Shown piece by piece: positions 12,144-24,500 of a stretch of DNA of 50,281 bases (position 1 is the first letter of the stretch; every line of letters starts with the position of its first letter). Below the pieces are notes generated by a model. It saw only the letters and a program-made list of their open reading frames with translations, had not been told where the DNA came from and did no database searches. A program made the position numbers and the translations under genes. This DNA is from Catajapyx aquilonaris (taxonomy: Eukaryota). Where the stretch lies: assembly GCA_000934665.2 (NCBI GenBank), contig KZ538738.1, forward strand, positions 1-50,281. Reading direction: 5' to 3'.

Positions 12144-12602
12144 TGCATTTACACTAGGGGCCATACATGTTTGAGACAGGATCACAATGAAGTGTATGCT
12201 AGACTAAGGCCTCTTTAACACAAGGCCACCACGGATGTGCCACAGCGTAAATTTGGTAGCGCTTCTCTGGATGCATGTTGCAGATTTGTTAGCCACCACG
12301 GACGCACCACCAGCCGAGCTACAGTCTCAAAATGCACGTCTGGCTGCATGAAAAGTAGCGTCTTGTGTGAAAGGCTTCATATTATTCAATGCAAACACGT
12401 GGCTGCACCAAAAATCTCCCTGCCCGCCACCAGTATTTCTGGTGGCGATGCCAAGGGCACAGCTGGCGCCACGTGTGAAAGGCTGCACTTGAAGCAATGC
12501 GTGGGGGCCTCATGTGAAATAGACCTAACTCACTTCCCACTATGGCTGAGTAGTACCTACAGATCATTGTGACTGTGTCTGGAGTCCTCTAGTGTAAATG
12601 CA
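12144..12602. repeat. Degenerate inverted-repeat element (MITE-like)
   Basis: tgcatttacactag / ctagtgtaaatgca ends, with patchy inverted similarity (tcacaatga / tcattgtga) over about 60 bp. Confidence 0.5.
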
Positions 12603-12720
12603 TGCACATAATTCATATCAGTGCCACCTGCACACTTTCAAGCGTATTCATCAGCAACCTTTAAATACTGTTGCTGGATTCATAAACAACGGTCATTGAA
12701 GTAACCTAAGTCTGCCTTAA

Positions 12721-13004
12721 CCCTGGAACCGTGCTGTGCCTGAAAGTCACGGGAACCGTGCCGTGGGGTCTTTTAGGACCCCAACCCACATTTTAATTTT
12801 TATTAATTTTTATATAATACTTTTCAATGTATTGACTATATACAATCATTCTTTGAACAATGCCTAAAATGATCGCTAATTCAAAATAAACCTGTACTTC
12901 CTGTTATATATATTTTTAAATGGCAAACAGTTCATTGTAATTGTAATTTTAATGCATTTTAATTCCTTTGGGGTCCAAAAAGACCCCACGGCACGGTTCC
13001 AGGG
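12721..13004. mobile_element. piggyBac-type MITE, copy 2
   Basis: TTAA TSDs (12717-12720, 13005-13008) and TIRs ccctggaaccgtgc / gcacggttccaggg. Confidence 0.9.
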
Positions 13005-15667
13005 TTAAAGACCACTTCCACTTGGTTTCCACCATTAAATTGCCTTTCCAACACATCTCAGGATTATGACTACACAACGCATTAATCATTTTCCTGATAA
13101 AAAGCGCAGATTTAAGGTACTCACGTGTGAAGAAGTTAGCCATTTACCCAAAATAAATGTCACATCTACACATTGTGAAATGGTTGCATTTTCATTTGTA
13201 TCGTCTGAAACCATGAACTTACTGCAATGTGTAGATGCGGCTTCTTCCAGTAGAATGCCAATATACTTCAGCATGCTATGGTCTGTGACGAAACCTGCCG
13301 CTGAGCCAGCTGCTATAGTCTGGATCAGACTTACTATTCAGAGAGACACTCAGCCTACATGATAACATGTACTACCACCTAATCATGTACTCTGCAACAC
13401 CCCATGCTTCACATACAGCGTCAGTCCCGTGTGACTGGTCATCCTTACACATTCTTTCGCATCATTTTCTCCCTTGCCAACCCACCTGTACTACCAGCTG
13501 GTCCGAGCTGGTCTCATACACGTCTCATACCCCATCCGTCTGGCGGCCATGTTACCCCCCTACACAGTTACCAAACACCTACCTTTAATCTGATCCTAGC
13601 AAGATGTTAATTCAGTCTTATCCCACACAAATTTCCAGTCACATTCTAAAGATAAATATTCCGAAGTAAGCGTTGTCAATAATGATTTTACTAAGTCAAC
13701 AAAGCAGGGTTACCAGATGAAAAAGTGAATCGGGGTGGCAGCAGGTTGTGAGTGGAGGTGAAGTGAGTCTGTGAGTGGCATTTGGCAGTAGTTTGCTTGC
13801 TGATTCTTCCACTTTCACGAGCTGATCAAGCGCGTGTAACAGGCGGACCTCAACAGCGGTGCATTGTCTAAAGTGGGTGCGCAATTAGTTGGCGCCAAAT
13901 CTCTTGTTTGCTGGGGAGCTTACATGCAGGTAAGAACTTTTTTGCTTTGTCGGTGTGTTCATGTGCTGGAAGTGTACGGTACCAAAGATGGATGAATGTA
14001 GGGTTCGCTTCCTGAAAGGTTCCAAGGCGGAAATGGAATGTTTTTAAAAATGTGTACGTGTATGTAATGGCGATTCTGCATTAATATCTTGCAGCGTAAA
14101 TGTTTTTTTAGAAGGAAGAATAAGATTGGCAGGTGCAAAAACATGCAGGTGCGTGAATTTATTACGGTTTTTTATTGGTGTTGTACGCTCAAAAAAGAGC
14201 TGAAAAGAAATGTTGGGGGCATGAATGTGAATTTTTCGTAAAGATACGTAATATAAACTTTCGGAGTGAATTCACATGCATATGTTTAAAAAGTCACGTA
14301 TTTGTACTTAGCAATTTTTATGTCCATCTTTTTTGGTGTGCATACTCGTATTTGTACATATTGAAGTAGTATACCAAATATTCCACACAAAGTATTAATC
14401 ATACACTGCATTAGTTACTATTCAACACTGACCTTGAGAAGTTGCAAAAACAAATCAGCTACAAATAGCAATCAGAACATAAATATTTTAATGGTACTGT
14501 GGGAAGGTCTAGCCTGCAAAAAAATAACAAAATAAAAAAATAAAAATTGGACGTTCAACCACTGAGCTTAGGTTGTCAGTAGAATTATTCGGCCTCTCGT
14601 AGATGCAATGCAAATATGCTTCTATTCAACATTATCAAATGTTAATATTTTGTTAAACTGTTAGTAGCCCCTATGATAGGGGCGGTTCCTTGGCCTACGA
14701 CACCCAAGACCGCCCAAGACGGACAGTAATGGTGCAGAACTGCGGATACAAACCCATAATGAAGGTGTGTTCACAATCCCGTGTGAACTGCTGATTTCGA
14801 GCAAATTCGTGGACGAGAAGTCAGCGAACGAATGGGGTACGAAAATGGTATTCTCGCTCTCGCTACGACCAATTTTCGCAAGCTGTAGACATCATTATAA
14901 GAGGCAGGCTAGGCAGAAGAAGCAACTCGTCAAAGTCATCACTGTGACGTAATTGGATGACCATCAACAGAGTGTGACGAAACCATGACAAATGGGGAGG
15001 AGGGTTTAATAAGTCGCGAATAAAAACAGCGTGACTTAACTTCTGAACGGTCCCACTCAGGATTTTCACCTGCATGCTTTTGTTTTGCTGATAATAATGG
15101 GAGTTTATCAATCGAGAGGGTTTATCTAGACACGTTCGAGAGCCTCTCGTGCTCCTCTTTTGTTCCGAGGGAAAGCCGAACTTTCCGGATTAACTTGACT
15201 GTTGACTGTGAGGAACTGAGTTCATCAAGCACAGGGTGTGGTAAAAACTGTAAGGAAGGTGACCCAAAGAAAGCCAGGGTCCATAATCAAGCCATTTTTA
15301 TATTTCTCACCTGCAGTCAACTTATGGTAACTTATGTGACAATAACTGGTTGTTCTTAGTCTTATCTTGGTCTTATAAAGAATATTTATTCTTCTAAGAC
15401 TATTATATCTTGCTTTGGAATTTAAAATGTATAGGCTGCCATGCATATATGCTAATAACGTATTTTAGTTGAAGGATGTCAGTGGAACCTGCAATATAAA
15501 GATGCTTCTGATAAGGTGAGATGCGGTACGTGAATATGTAGTTTTGGGACTATAGCAAAACTTTATAGGGCTAGTTTTAGGGGAAGTTGCGTGGACTCAT
15601 GCTAATGTCGCCCTTTCCTGTGTCACGCTAATGTGGCATACATTCAAATTAATCTCATTTAGCATTT

Positions 15668-16016
15668 ATTTATTTTTTATTTATTTATTTATGTTTGCAT
15701 TGCCCCATTGGGATTTACCATATCCTTTAGGGGGGTGGATTACCACCATCGGAAAGTGGAGCCATATAAGAAGATCTTAATTAATTACTCCAGGGTATAG
15801 GTAGGAGGGGATGCGCAAAGTGCAAGTGCAATGTCTCTAATGGTCATTTTGTGAGCTCCCCCGGGTGTCTTAGTCTGTCGGAAATTGCCACCCGAAATGA
15901 AGTCAGAGATGGCCCAACTCCGCACGGATAAGGGTGGGAACCCCGGGTGGGGATCGAACCCGGGACCTTAATATCCGTTGGCCCGAGCGTTACCGCTGCG
16001 CCACTTCACCTCCCCC
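15668..16016 (-). mobile_element. tRNA-derived SINE, family A-related
   Basis: Minus head gggggaggtgaagtggcgcagcggtaacgctc...gggttcgatcccc. Shares tgcacttgcac and ggtggtaatccacccccctaaagg with family A. (AAAT)n tail. Confidence 0.82.
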
Positions 16017-17092
16017 TGCATTTTAAAAAATTAGAAAATGGCTTGGTGCAGAGGGAAATCAAGCGTGTAAAATGAATCACCGTGGAATTTTTTGTGGAAG
16101 AGATACAGTACTTTAATTGTTTAATTGCATGTAGAATGTTGCAGACACACTCTTTGGGTCTTTGGTTATGCCTTGAAGGGGGAATTCCATGTCGGATTTC
16201 CCTTAATGCAGTAATAATTACTGAAAGCGATTATGACAGGCGTATATAGCGTGCGCTTGCATTTATCACGAGATAATACATTCTTATACTGTAGAAATCT
16301 TCCTGCATAGCTATTATACATCAATCTCTGTGATGTCCTAGGCTATACCAATAAAATATCATATGCAGTACTGACGTACTGTATAATACCGTCCATCGCG
16401 GAAGTGAATTGGACAACATTAAACTTGACAGTGTCGGAGGTCGCGGTACAGTATTACCCTCTTCTGGAGGGTGATGTAAATAGTTTCGTGCCGTCATATG
16501 CAATCTCACACGTTTCTCACATGAATTTCCACTTACTTCACATCTGTTACCTAACTTTGGTTATTAACTTCTGGAGTACAGTTGCTTGTGAAGGTTTTAT
16601 GGTTGCAGTGTCTTTTCAAAGACCCTTTACAAGTTAATCACTGGAACGAGGAAACTTCTTTATACATATCTAAAGGCGAAATGGTCTATGCATACAGGGG
16701 AAGAGAGAGAGAGAGAGAGAGAGTTTTGCGTATAGTGTCGGCAGCATATGGTGAAACGTTTGCTATACCCAGGTACAGCACAGGTTGAAATAAAACCAAT
16801 AATCATGACCACGATTTTAAATATTGGCGAAACAAAGAAATCAAATTAGACAATTTTTTTATTCGATCAGTGAAGTGTATACAATCCCACCCATACTTTA
16901 TATGAACGAACCTGTCAAGTTCCGGTTTGCTTTGATAATAATCCACATCGTACGGGAAATGCACAATGAATAGGGCGAATCAGAGCTGGATAGGACGACA
17001 CGTTCAGGAAATAATTTCCGGTATTGATTTGTTAAAACGTGATTTAATGTGTAGTGGTGAGCTCATCCTATTCCCCTACATTATAAGCCTTA

Positions 17093-17221
17093 GGGTCGGT
17101 TTCACCGAGCTCGGTATAAGATAAAACCAGCAGGTTTCTTTAGGAAAATCCATACAAATATGTAGGGATTTTCCGAAAGAACCCTGGTTTTATCATATAC
17201 TGAGCTCGGTGAAACCGACCC
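17093..17221. mobile_element. PIF/Harbinger-type (Tourist-like) MITE
   Basis: 20-bp perfect TIR gggtcggtttcaccgagctc, near-palindromic throughout, 3-bp TSD TTA (17090-17092, 17222-17224). Confidence 0.88.
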
Positions 17222-18335
17222 TTAATTATATCCTGTAGCCGACTGGCCAGTTTTTTCACAAACTCGCTTTATGGAATTTTCGCAGTTAATTTAATAATAA
17301 TATAGAGCAGTTAATAACTCGAGGTCAATTTGGAGGTCATGAGTTTGGAACGGCTGTGTCAAAGTGAATTAAGAAAAAACCTATGATTATGTTTTAACAT
17401 TATTAACACAATGAATTAACAAAATATAACCATTTTATTTAAATTTTCGTTGACAAAACTGGCCCTCAGGTCCATTTATTAATGGGAGATTTGCATTCAT
17501 AATTAGCCTCATAATTACTCATATTTATAACATAACTGCAATGCATTGCTGGTGAAGTTATTTCACATTTTGGACAGACGTTTGGCAGTATCCTCTTTAT
17601 CTATATAGGCTTATTTCTCGCTTGCAGCCGATTGTCACATGTAGTACCCTCACGCGAACGGATATTTGAATAGCTCAATCATATGACAATATACAATCGA
17701 CAATCACTGGAGATAGTTTATCCATTGTGCCGAGTCTATCTTGCCTATACGCCTGCCACAGGCATCTGCCTATATGCTGACAGCCGTCGAACTACGATAA
17801 ACTATGTCGAAAGCAGACAGGTTCCGCTAACAAAATATTTTCTCTTCCCTCGAAATAACCAAACACAGGCGGCAATATGTAGAGGAGTGCGTTGACCGAT
17901 TTACAGCTTTCACAAGCATCCATAGTAAACAAAAGAGTGTTAGAGGGGCGACTTGAGCATTGGGTCATGGCACGTAAATTTTCAAGCAGGACACTTTCCC
18001 GCTCATCGGCTGCATGTGGATGTGGTCCATCCTGTGAAAGGCCTACGTATACCCAATTTCTGGTCGTGGTAGGACTTGGAGCAGTTGAGTAACTATTGTG
18101 TAATTACATGTACAACCTGTTTCGCTGCAAAACATGGAGATGAACTTGGCAGTGAGCCAGTTTATAATCAGTGACAGCTAGGTGTACGGTGCTACCAGTC
18201 CATGGAGACGTCTAATATCAAAAATATGGGGCACAGTACAAGTTGATGCACAGGGGATCCTGCTGGGCGAAGAATATTGCGCCAGAATATCAGTACTAAA
18301 GTGTAACGTTAAATATATTAGGCGCCTCAAAAGTA

Positions 18336-19295
18336 CAGGGTGGACGGAAAGTTTCGGACACCCCCCCCCCCNNNNNNNNNNNNNNNNNNNNNNNNNNNNN
18401 NNACACTATCTTTTGAAGCATAATCTTGAGAACATCTGAGCACCTTCGCTCTCGCAATTCCATTAATAACTTCGCCTCTGTGACTCATCTAAACATCCTA
18501 TCTGTTTTGCGTTTATTTTGCTTGTTGCCTTGGAGGACACCTGGTCATATTCTGCGTCAGATAACCCTTTTCCATGAGTTCCCCTTCATGCAAATGTTGT
18601 GAACTCACTCCTGACCTTATATTTCGCATTGGTCCATAACCTGGTCCAATAAAAATATGAAAAGGAATGCATGAAATGGCGGACCCGGATGCATTACTTT
18701 CGAATTCTCACATTGGTACCATCACATTTGTCTCCATTTTTACTTTAAAATAATTTTTTGGTGGGAAAGGACAGTAAACAGTCCTGCCTTGGTAAATTAA
18801 TCACCATGACACATCCTTTCGTTCACGTCCTTTCGCACCAAAAAATTATTTTAAAGTAAAAGTGGAGACAAATGTGATGGTACCAATTCGAAAGTAATGC
18901 ATCCGGGTCCGCCATTTCATGCATTCCTTTTCAAATTTTTATTGGACCAGGTTATGGACCAATGCGAAAAATAAGGTCAGGAGTGAGTTCACAACATTTG
19001 CATGACGGGGAACTCATGAAAAAGGGTCATAAAAACCTTACCTGAGGCAGAATATGACCAGGGGTCCTCCAAGGCAACAAGCAAAATAAACGCAAAACAG
19101 ATAGGATGTTTAGATGAGTCACAGAGGCGAAGTTATTAATGGAATTGCGAGAGCGAAGGTGCTCAGATGTTCTCAAGATTATGCTTCAAAAGATAGTACA
19201 TTAGAACTGCTTGTGGACTTTTAAAAGATGTGAAAAGACGCTGTGAAAAGTAGGGTTAAAAAACCTGGGGGGTCCGAAACTTTCCGTCCACCCTG
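18336..19295. mobile_element. Foldback (palindromic) Tc1/mariner-type non-autonomous element
   Basis: TA-cagggtggacggaaagtttcggac...gtccgaaactttccgtccaccctg-TA. Arms about 18404-18765 and 18835-19197 are nearly identical inverted copies around a ~70-bp spacer. An N gap at 18372-18402 interrupts the left arm. Confidence 0.9.
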
Positions 19296-20911
19296 TAGTT
19301 GTTAAGTAGCACTTACTGACTCTACGGCTTATAAAATACTGGTATATCTACATGCAACTTATCAGAGTGATAGACTACATTGTGAGGGCCTGCTCTATAC
19401 ACCCTTGTAAATGTATTGAAACGCACTCGTCACTTGCTCGGTACTGTACATCTTGTAACTTACATTCCAACGTGTAGACTAATCGTTCCTTACGATTTTC
19501 GGGGATATGTAAATTTAATAAGAAAGCGCAGCTCTGCATTGTTCTACTTAAAATTTGAAGGAGAGGAAGGAATATTCTGGTATCATTGGTTTCAGTGTAT
19601 TGTCAAACTCTCAGGATATTATTATATCGCGTATACACTGCCCAAGTTTATTTATCTCGTTTGAGTTATCAGTTGTTGCTGCTGTTGTTATTAGTGCGTT
19701 AGTATTATTGTAGCAGAAGTATAGTAAGGGTGGAAATGAGCCATCATCGTACCCAGAAGATTATATGCTACTCGTCCACGAATCATTTAGAATTATTGCA
19801 TGGAAATGTTTTCAAACACATGGTCAGAACTCATTTTGCGGTCTTGATTTTTGGCTCTTGATATTCAATATGACATTTTCAAGATACCAGGTTTAGACAG
19901 TCAGTGTCACCTACAGCTAAGATATAAGCTGGAGAGGAAGTTGACGCTGTATAGCCGTATGGAATAAGGAAGAGACAAGATGTTTCCGTGTTTTTTCAAC
20001 AGCCGTAAAAACCTGTTTGCACAGCTGGCACAATGTTTGTTCTGCACAAAAGGTTAGCAGGTTCAATTTTTGTTCCAAACGCGCCTTTGGACCGCACAAT
20101 TGACAATATACGTATTCCGAAGACTGAGCAATTATTTTTGAATCGCTTTTCAGGGTTTCCCCACTCAACTTTATAGTCGTGAATTTACCGAATTTAGCAA
20201 ATAAAGTCCTGAAATGACAAGCAAGACGTGTATCTACGTCCGTTTCATTTCAATTTATGTAATCGTATATCGATTTTAACGCACACTTGGCATTGTGCAA
20301 ATGGGATTCAAAATGGATGGGGACAATTCGGGAAAAGTTCACAAATTGAACTTTATTTTGAACCTCATTTTGGGTCCAAAGTTTGGGACTGACTCTTCAT
20401 TTGTGTGTACAGGTTAAGTCTAACAGTCAAAGGCACGTTCATATTTGCCAGGGACATTTATAACTGGCTTGTGTTTGCCTATTGTACTTTTTTCCTGAAG
20501 AATGCACACAGGTTGGGAGAGAAAGTCTGCTTGATGACCGAAAGTTGTACCCTTTATTCTCTCCATGCATAGGTGTGGCCAAATGTGGATAATGAAAGTC
20601 ATTATCCTCCCTAGTAGCCATTATGCAGTATACAGGGTGGTGCACTGCCCAAATCTACAGTTCAAGAGAGGAAGAAGGTTCACGAATTGTTTATACCCTA
20701 TATCAACTGGTTTAAAAGAGACGCAATCAAAAATCAATCAGAGTCACATTCTCTTGCTTGTTGTTACACGTTCTCCTGTTTGCCCTGTTGACTTGGGCAG
20801 TATGTAGTGTTTTGTCATCATATGTGACAACAAGCTGATCTTTCAATCATGTATATTATTATTATTGTTGTTGTTGTTGTTGTGTTATTATTATCAGTAT
20901 TATTATTAGAG

Positions 20912-21539
20912 TGATGGGACATGACTGCAAGCTGGTTTTCTCCACCTTGTCTTGACCTCTGATGGTGGCTAGAGAGTAAATGGTATAGGTGTGCGTATTT
21001 AGTGCCGGGCTTGGCAGAGTAGAAAGTGATATCGAAGAAACTTGACTGACCCTTCCTTCCACCCATCCGCCCTTCCTGCCTTCTCTTCATTTTCATTTGA
21101 CTCGTTTTCGCGAAATTCATCTGGTGAAGTTTCCTTGGGCGGGGCCATTCGAGAAAAGTGGTGCTTGAGGCTTCGGAGTTCCCAAAGTCTTTATAATTTC
21201 TGCCTAGAAAAGGATGAATACCAAAGGATGATTTTGTGGTCATGGCTGTCCCACAAAGATGATATGTATCATGTGATGATAGTACGCACTGATCTTGGTA
21301 TACTGAAGGTGAATGTTTACAAGCTGGTTGTTGTTGCCAAACATGAGGTTTCTAGTCACCGCAGGGACTGTCAATTGAAGGTCAGACTGGCTCAGCTGAC
21401 ATCATGTCTCCTAAACTGGTCAGGTGTATGGTATACAAGGTCGACGGCGATGTTTTGTTTGTGCCGGGTATGGCCGGCGTATGCTAGACGTGCACACTTC
21501 AGTTCGGTAGCCTCAAGGTGTGTGTGTGCGTTGCAATTA
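20912..21539 (-). mobile_element. Possible decayed non-LTR retrotransposon 3' fragment (RTE-like)
   Basis: Minus translation near 21461-21520, ELKCARLAYAGHTRH, resembles the RLRxAGH C-terminal motif of RTE-type ORFs. Flanked by tattattagag (20901-20911, 21540-21550) and adjacent to an (ATT)/(GTT) microsatellite at 20853-20907. Confidence 0.4.
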
Positions 21540-24500
21540 TATTATTAGAGACCTAGGACAAAGGTGCCCAAGGTGATGCGTGTTTTGTTTTTTTTTCATT
21601 ACCGGATGAATCCAGACAAACAGTACGCATTATTTTGACGGGGCCTTTATTTTGATGCATATTGATATCATTGTGCTTTAGATCCGGTCACTCGTGACGA
21701 TTCAGAAATATTATGCATTAGTTGTTATGGGTAACAGCAGATGTTCATGTCGATGAGAGAGTTGGTGGCATGAAACAAATCACTGTTATTAATCTGAATT
21801 GCTGGAAAGCCCCGTGCTTTCGGCGGTCAGGAAAGGGGCCATCCGTAAAGTACGTCACACTGGTAATGAGAAGTGAGGCTGTGTTGTTAGCAGTGTGATG
21901 GACAGTGACGTGACGTCATGATATATGCCTAGTTTAAATGGCATCTGAATTATTAGCGAATATTATGTGTCTACGCGTCTTTTGTATTGTATATAATATA
22001 CGCAGAGCGGGCTCTGTATGTACTGACTGTGTAAAATGCGAGGAGTTGATCATTTGAGGAGATCATGTAACTTGAGATAATTATAACTTATCGTACTTTG
22101 CAATTTAACGATGCACAAAAACGAACATAAAATAGCAGCCTGGGAACTAATTAGTAGGCCTAGCTTATCTTTCGCAGGTCGAGTTGCCGACCTTGAGAAA
22201 AATCCGTATATATATTTTTTCTAACCAGTTTGGGCCTAATATTTCGCAGCAGTTTGTTAGAAATGGTCAACTTTGAACGAAAGCCATAAAAAGTGGCCAT
22301 TGTAATCAATTCTCCGAAACATCTTGCCCGATCTGATGAAGATGCTTCTCTGGGGTTGCATATAGTAGAGGACATTCGTTATTGAGTCAGCAGATTTAAT
22401 ATGCAGAGTGTGCACTGCCTCTACCATATACATACAATTACAGTGATCAATCCAGAGGTATTATAGCTGCAGTGGTCTTATCACTTGCTGTCTAATATTG
22501 AAGTCAGCAATCATGCAATTCTGGTGTCACCATGAATCCAAAAATGATATGGCGCTCAGCCAAAGCAGGATGTTGTAACAACTTTTTGTCTATTTGCATT
22601 TCCATTAACAGTTATATAGCATATGCACTGTGAGGAGATTTTCAGCTCAACACAAGTCCAGGTTATTTGGCATATAATATTAGATGAAATAACAGCCACG
22701 TAGAAAAGGAAACTCGTCTCTCTTGCTGGAACACCCTGCGTTTCTGCCCTATTTTATTTATTTTTTTGCGAGCATATATCATCGGATCAAACAATCCTTC
22801 CCTGAATTGCGCTGAAAGTGATAGGTACTAATTACTGCCAATCGAATTTGCAAATCATCTCACGCACCTTGCGAAGAAGCTCGATGAGGAAACTGATTCC
22901 ATAACAGGCCAATGAATCACATCCTCTACTGACAAGCCCCCCAAGGTTTACATACATGTATAAATTTTCTTTTTGTTACATTTGGCTCGAAGGCATTCCA
23001 ATCTCTGTCGCAGCATACTTATTTCCCTATTGGCGGCAAGGTCACACAACCTATGAATGAAGCGCGCGATTGTCCCATTCCTAAGCGTCAACATGTCAAA
23101 CGATATAAGAAGAGTGTCATTGAGTGACCGGAATCCATTCACGCAGCGTTGATGGGCTGATGCGAGGGCCAACTGCTATCCTCAACTGCTTTTATGAAAC
23201 CATTACCAACGATGACCAGGAGCAGTACCACCGCAAGAGTGGCACCACGCAGATAACGCGGACCTTCCCGCGTAATCGCACATTCGACACGCGGAAGGAC
23301 GGAATTGAGTAATGCCTTGTGAAACTGACCATTCTTCTGGACCGATAAAAAGGTGTCTCATTCATAAACCGAGCTATAATCGGTTTAGCACTAATGCACC
23401 GTGCTGCAATAAGCCGACGACAATGCGAGGTCATGAGTCACACAAATCAGCTGTAAAAGGACACCTTTTATCACCGTTATTTCGTGCAGACCGTGTGACA
23501 GAATTGTTCAGTCTTGCTACACCTGTGAAGCAATGAGTCTATAATGCAGTAATGGGCAAAAAAAAATCTGCGTTATGTGCATGAAAATCTATGATTACTG
23601 TGTATAATAGGAGATTTCTCCTTAATTTATGTTGATATAAATAATGCTGTAGCTGTACGTGTTGTACGGCAGAAGCACTTCCTTGGACCTGTTTGCAGCA
23701 GTAGCGGTAGGACATTAATCACACAAAAGTAAACCCATTAGATATAACATGGGCATAAGGAAAATGCCACTGGGCGGATTATTTTTGCTTCATATCATGC
23801 GTGTAGCAATTACTTGTGCCGTTCTTAACAGCATGTCGTTTTGAAAATACCTCTGATGGGATGGGGGGTGGGCTACATGAAGGACAAGTTATTAAAATAG
23901 TTTCGCGAGGATGTCACTTCTTTATTTATACTCCTATTATGTAAAAGGTTACTTGTGAAAAGACCGGTTCTGGTCAGTGTAATTTCTGACCAGTTTATTT
24001 TATTGAGCCATAATATTCACAATTGCACTTACTTGTACTTGCATATTGCGCATGAGGCTCTACGGCATGCAGCATATGTCGAAGGTACTTAAGAGTCTAA
24101 CTGCCTGGCACTCAACTGGAGAAGTTTATGGCATATTTACCATGTGCTTTAAAAACTGAAGATGCAAAACAATTTCTTGACAGTCAAGTATACTGTAGTA
24201 TAGAGCACCAGTTAAATATTAGCGGAAATGCTTGCATATACTGTAGAACGTATATCGAATCAAATGACAAGCTACAACAAATGCAGAATTAGAAACATGT
24301 CTGATATATGACGTGGAGGAATACAATGTTCAGGTGGATAATGTTAACTGACAGTTAAAAAAGGTGGGGTAACCAGGCACCGGAACTCTAGACAAGTCAT
24401 TACGTGCAGCTCTATTCATGGTTGAAAGGACATTAACTCGGGTAAAACTAAAGGTGCTCAAGCATTGGAATCCAGGAAATCCATTGACTGCGTGCATTAC

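Noticed and set aside
21042..21548. 168-aa plus-strand ORF
   Set aside because: No recognisable domain or splice context. It is probably antisense to a decayed retroelement fragment.
21835..21862. ggggccatccgtaaagtacgtcacac, resembling a MITE terminus
   Set aside because: No matching opposite terminus or TSD found nearby.
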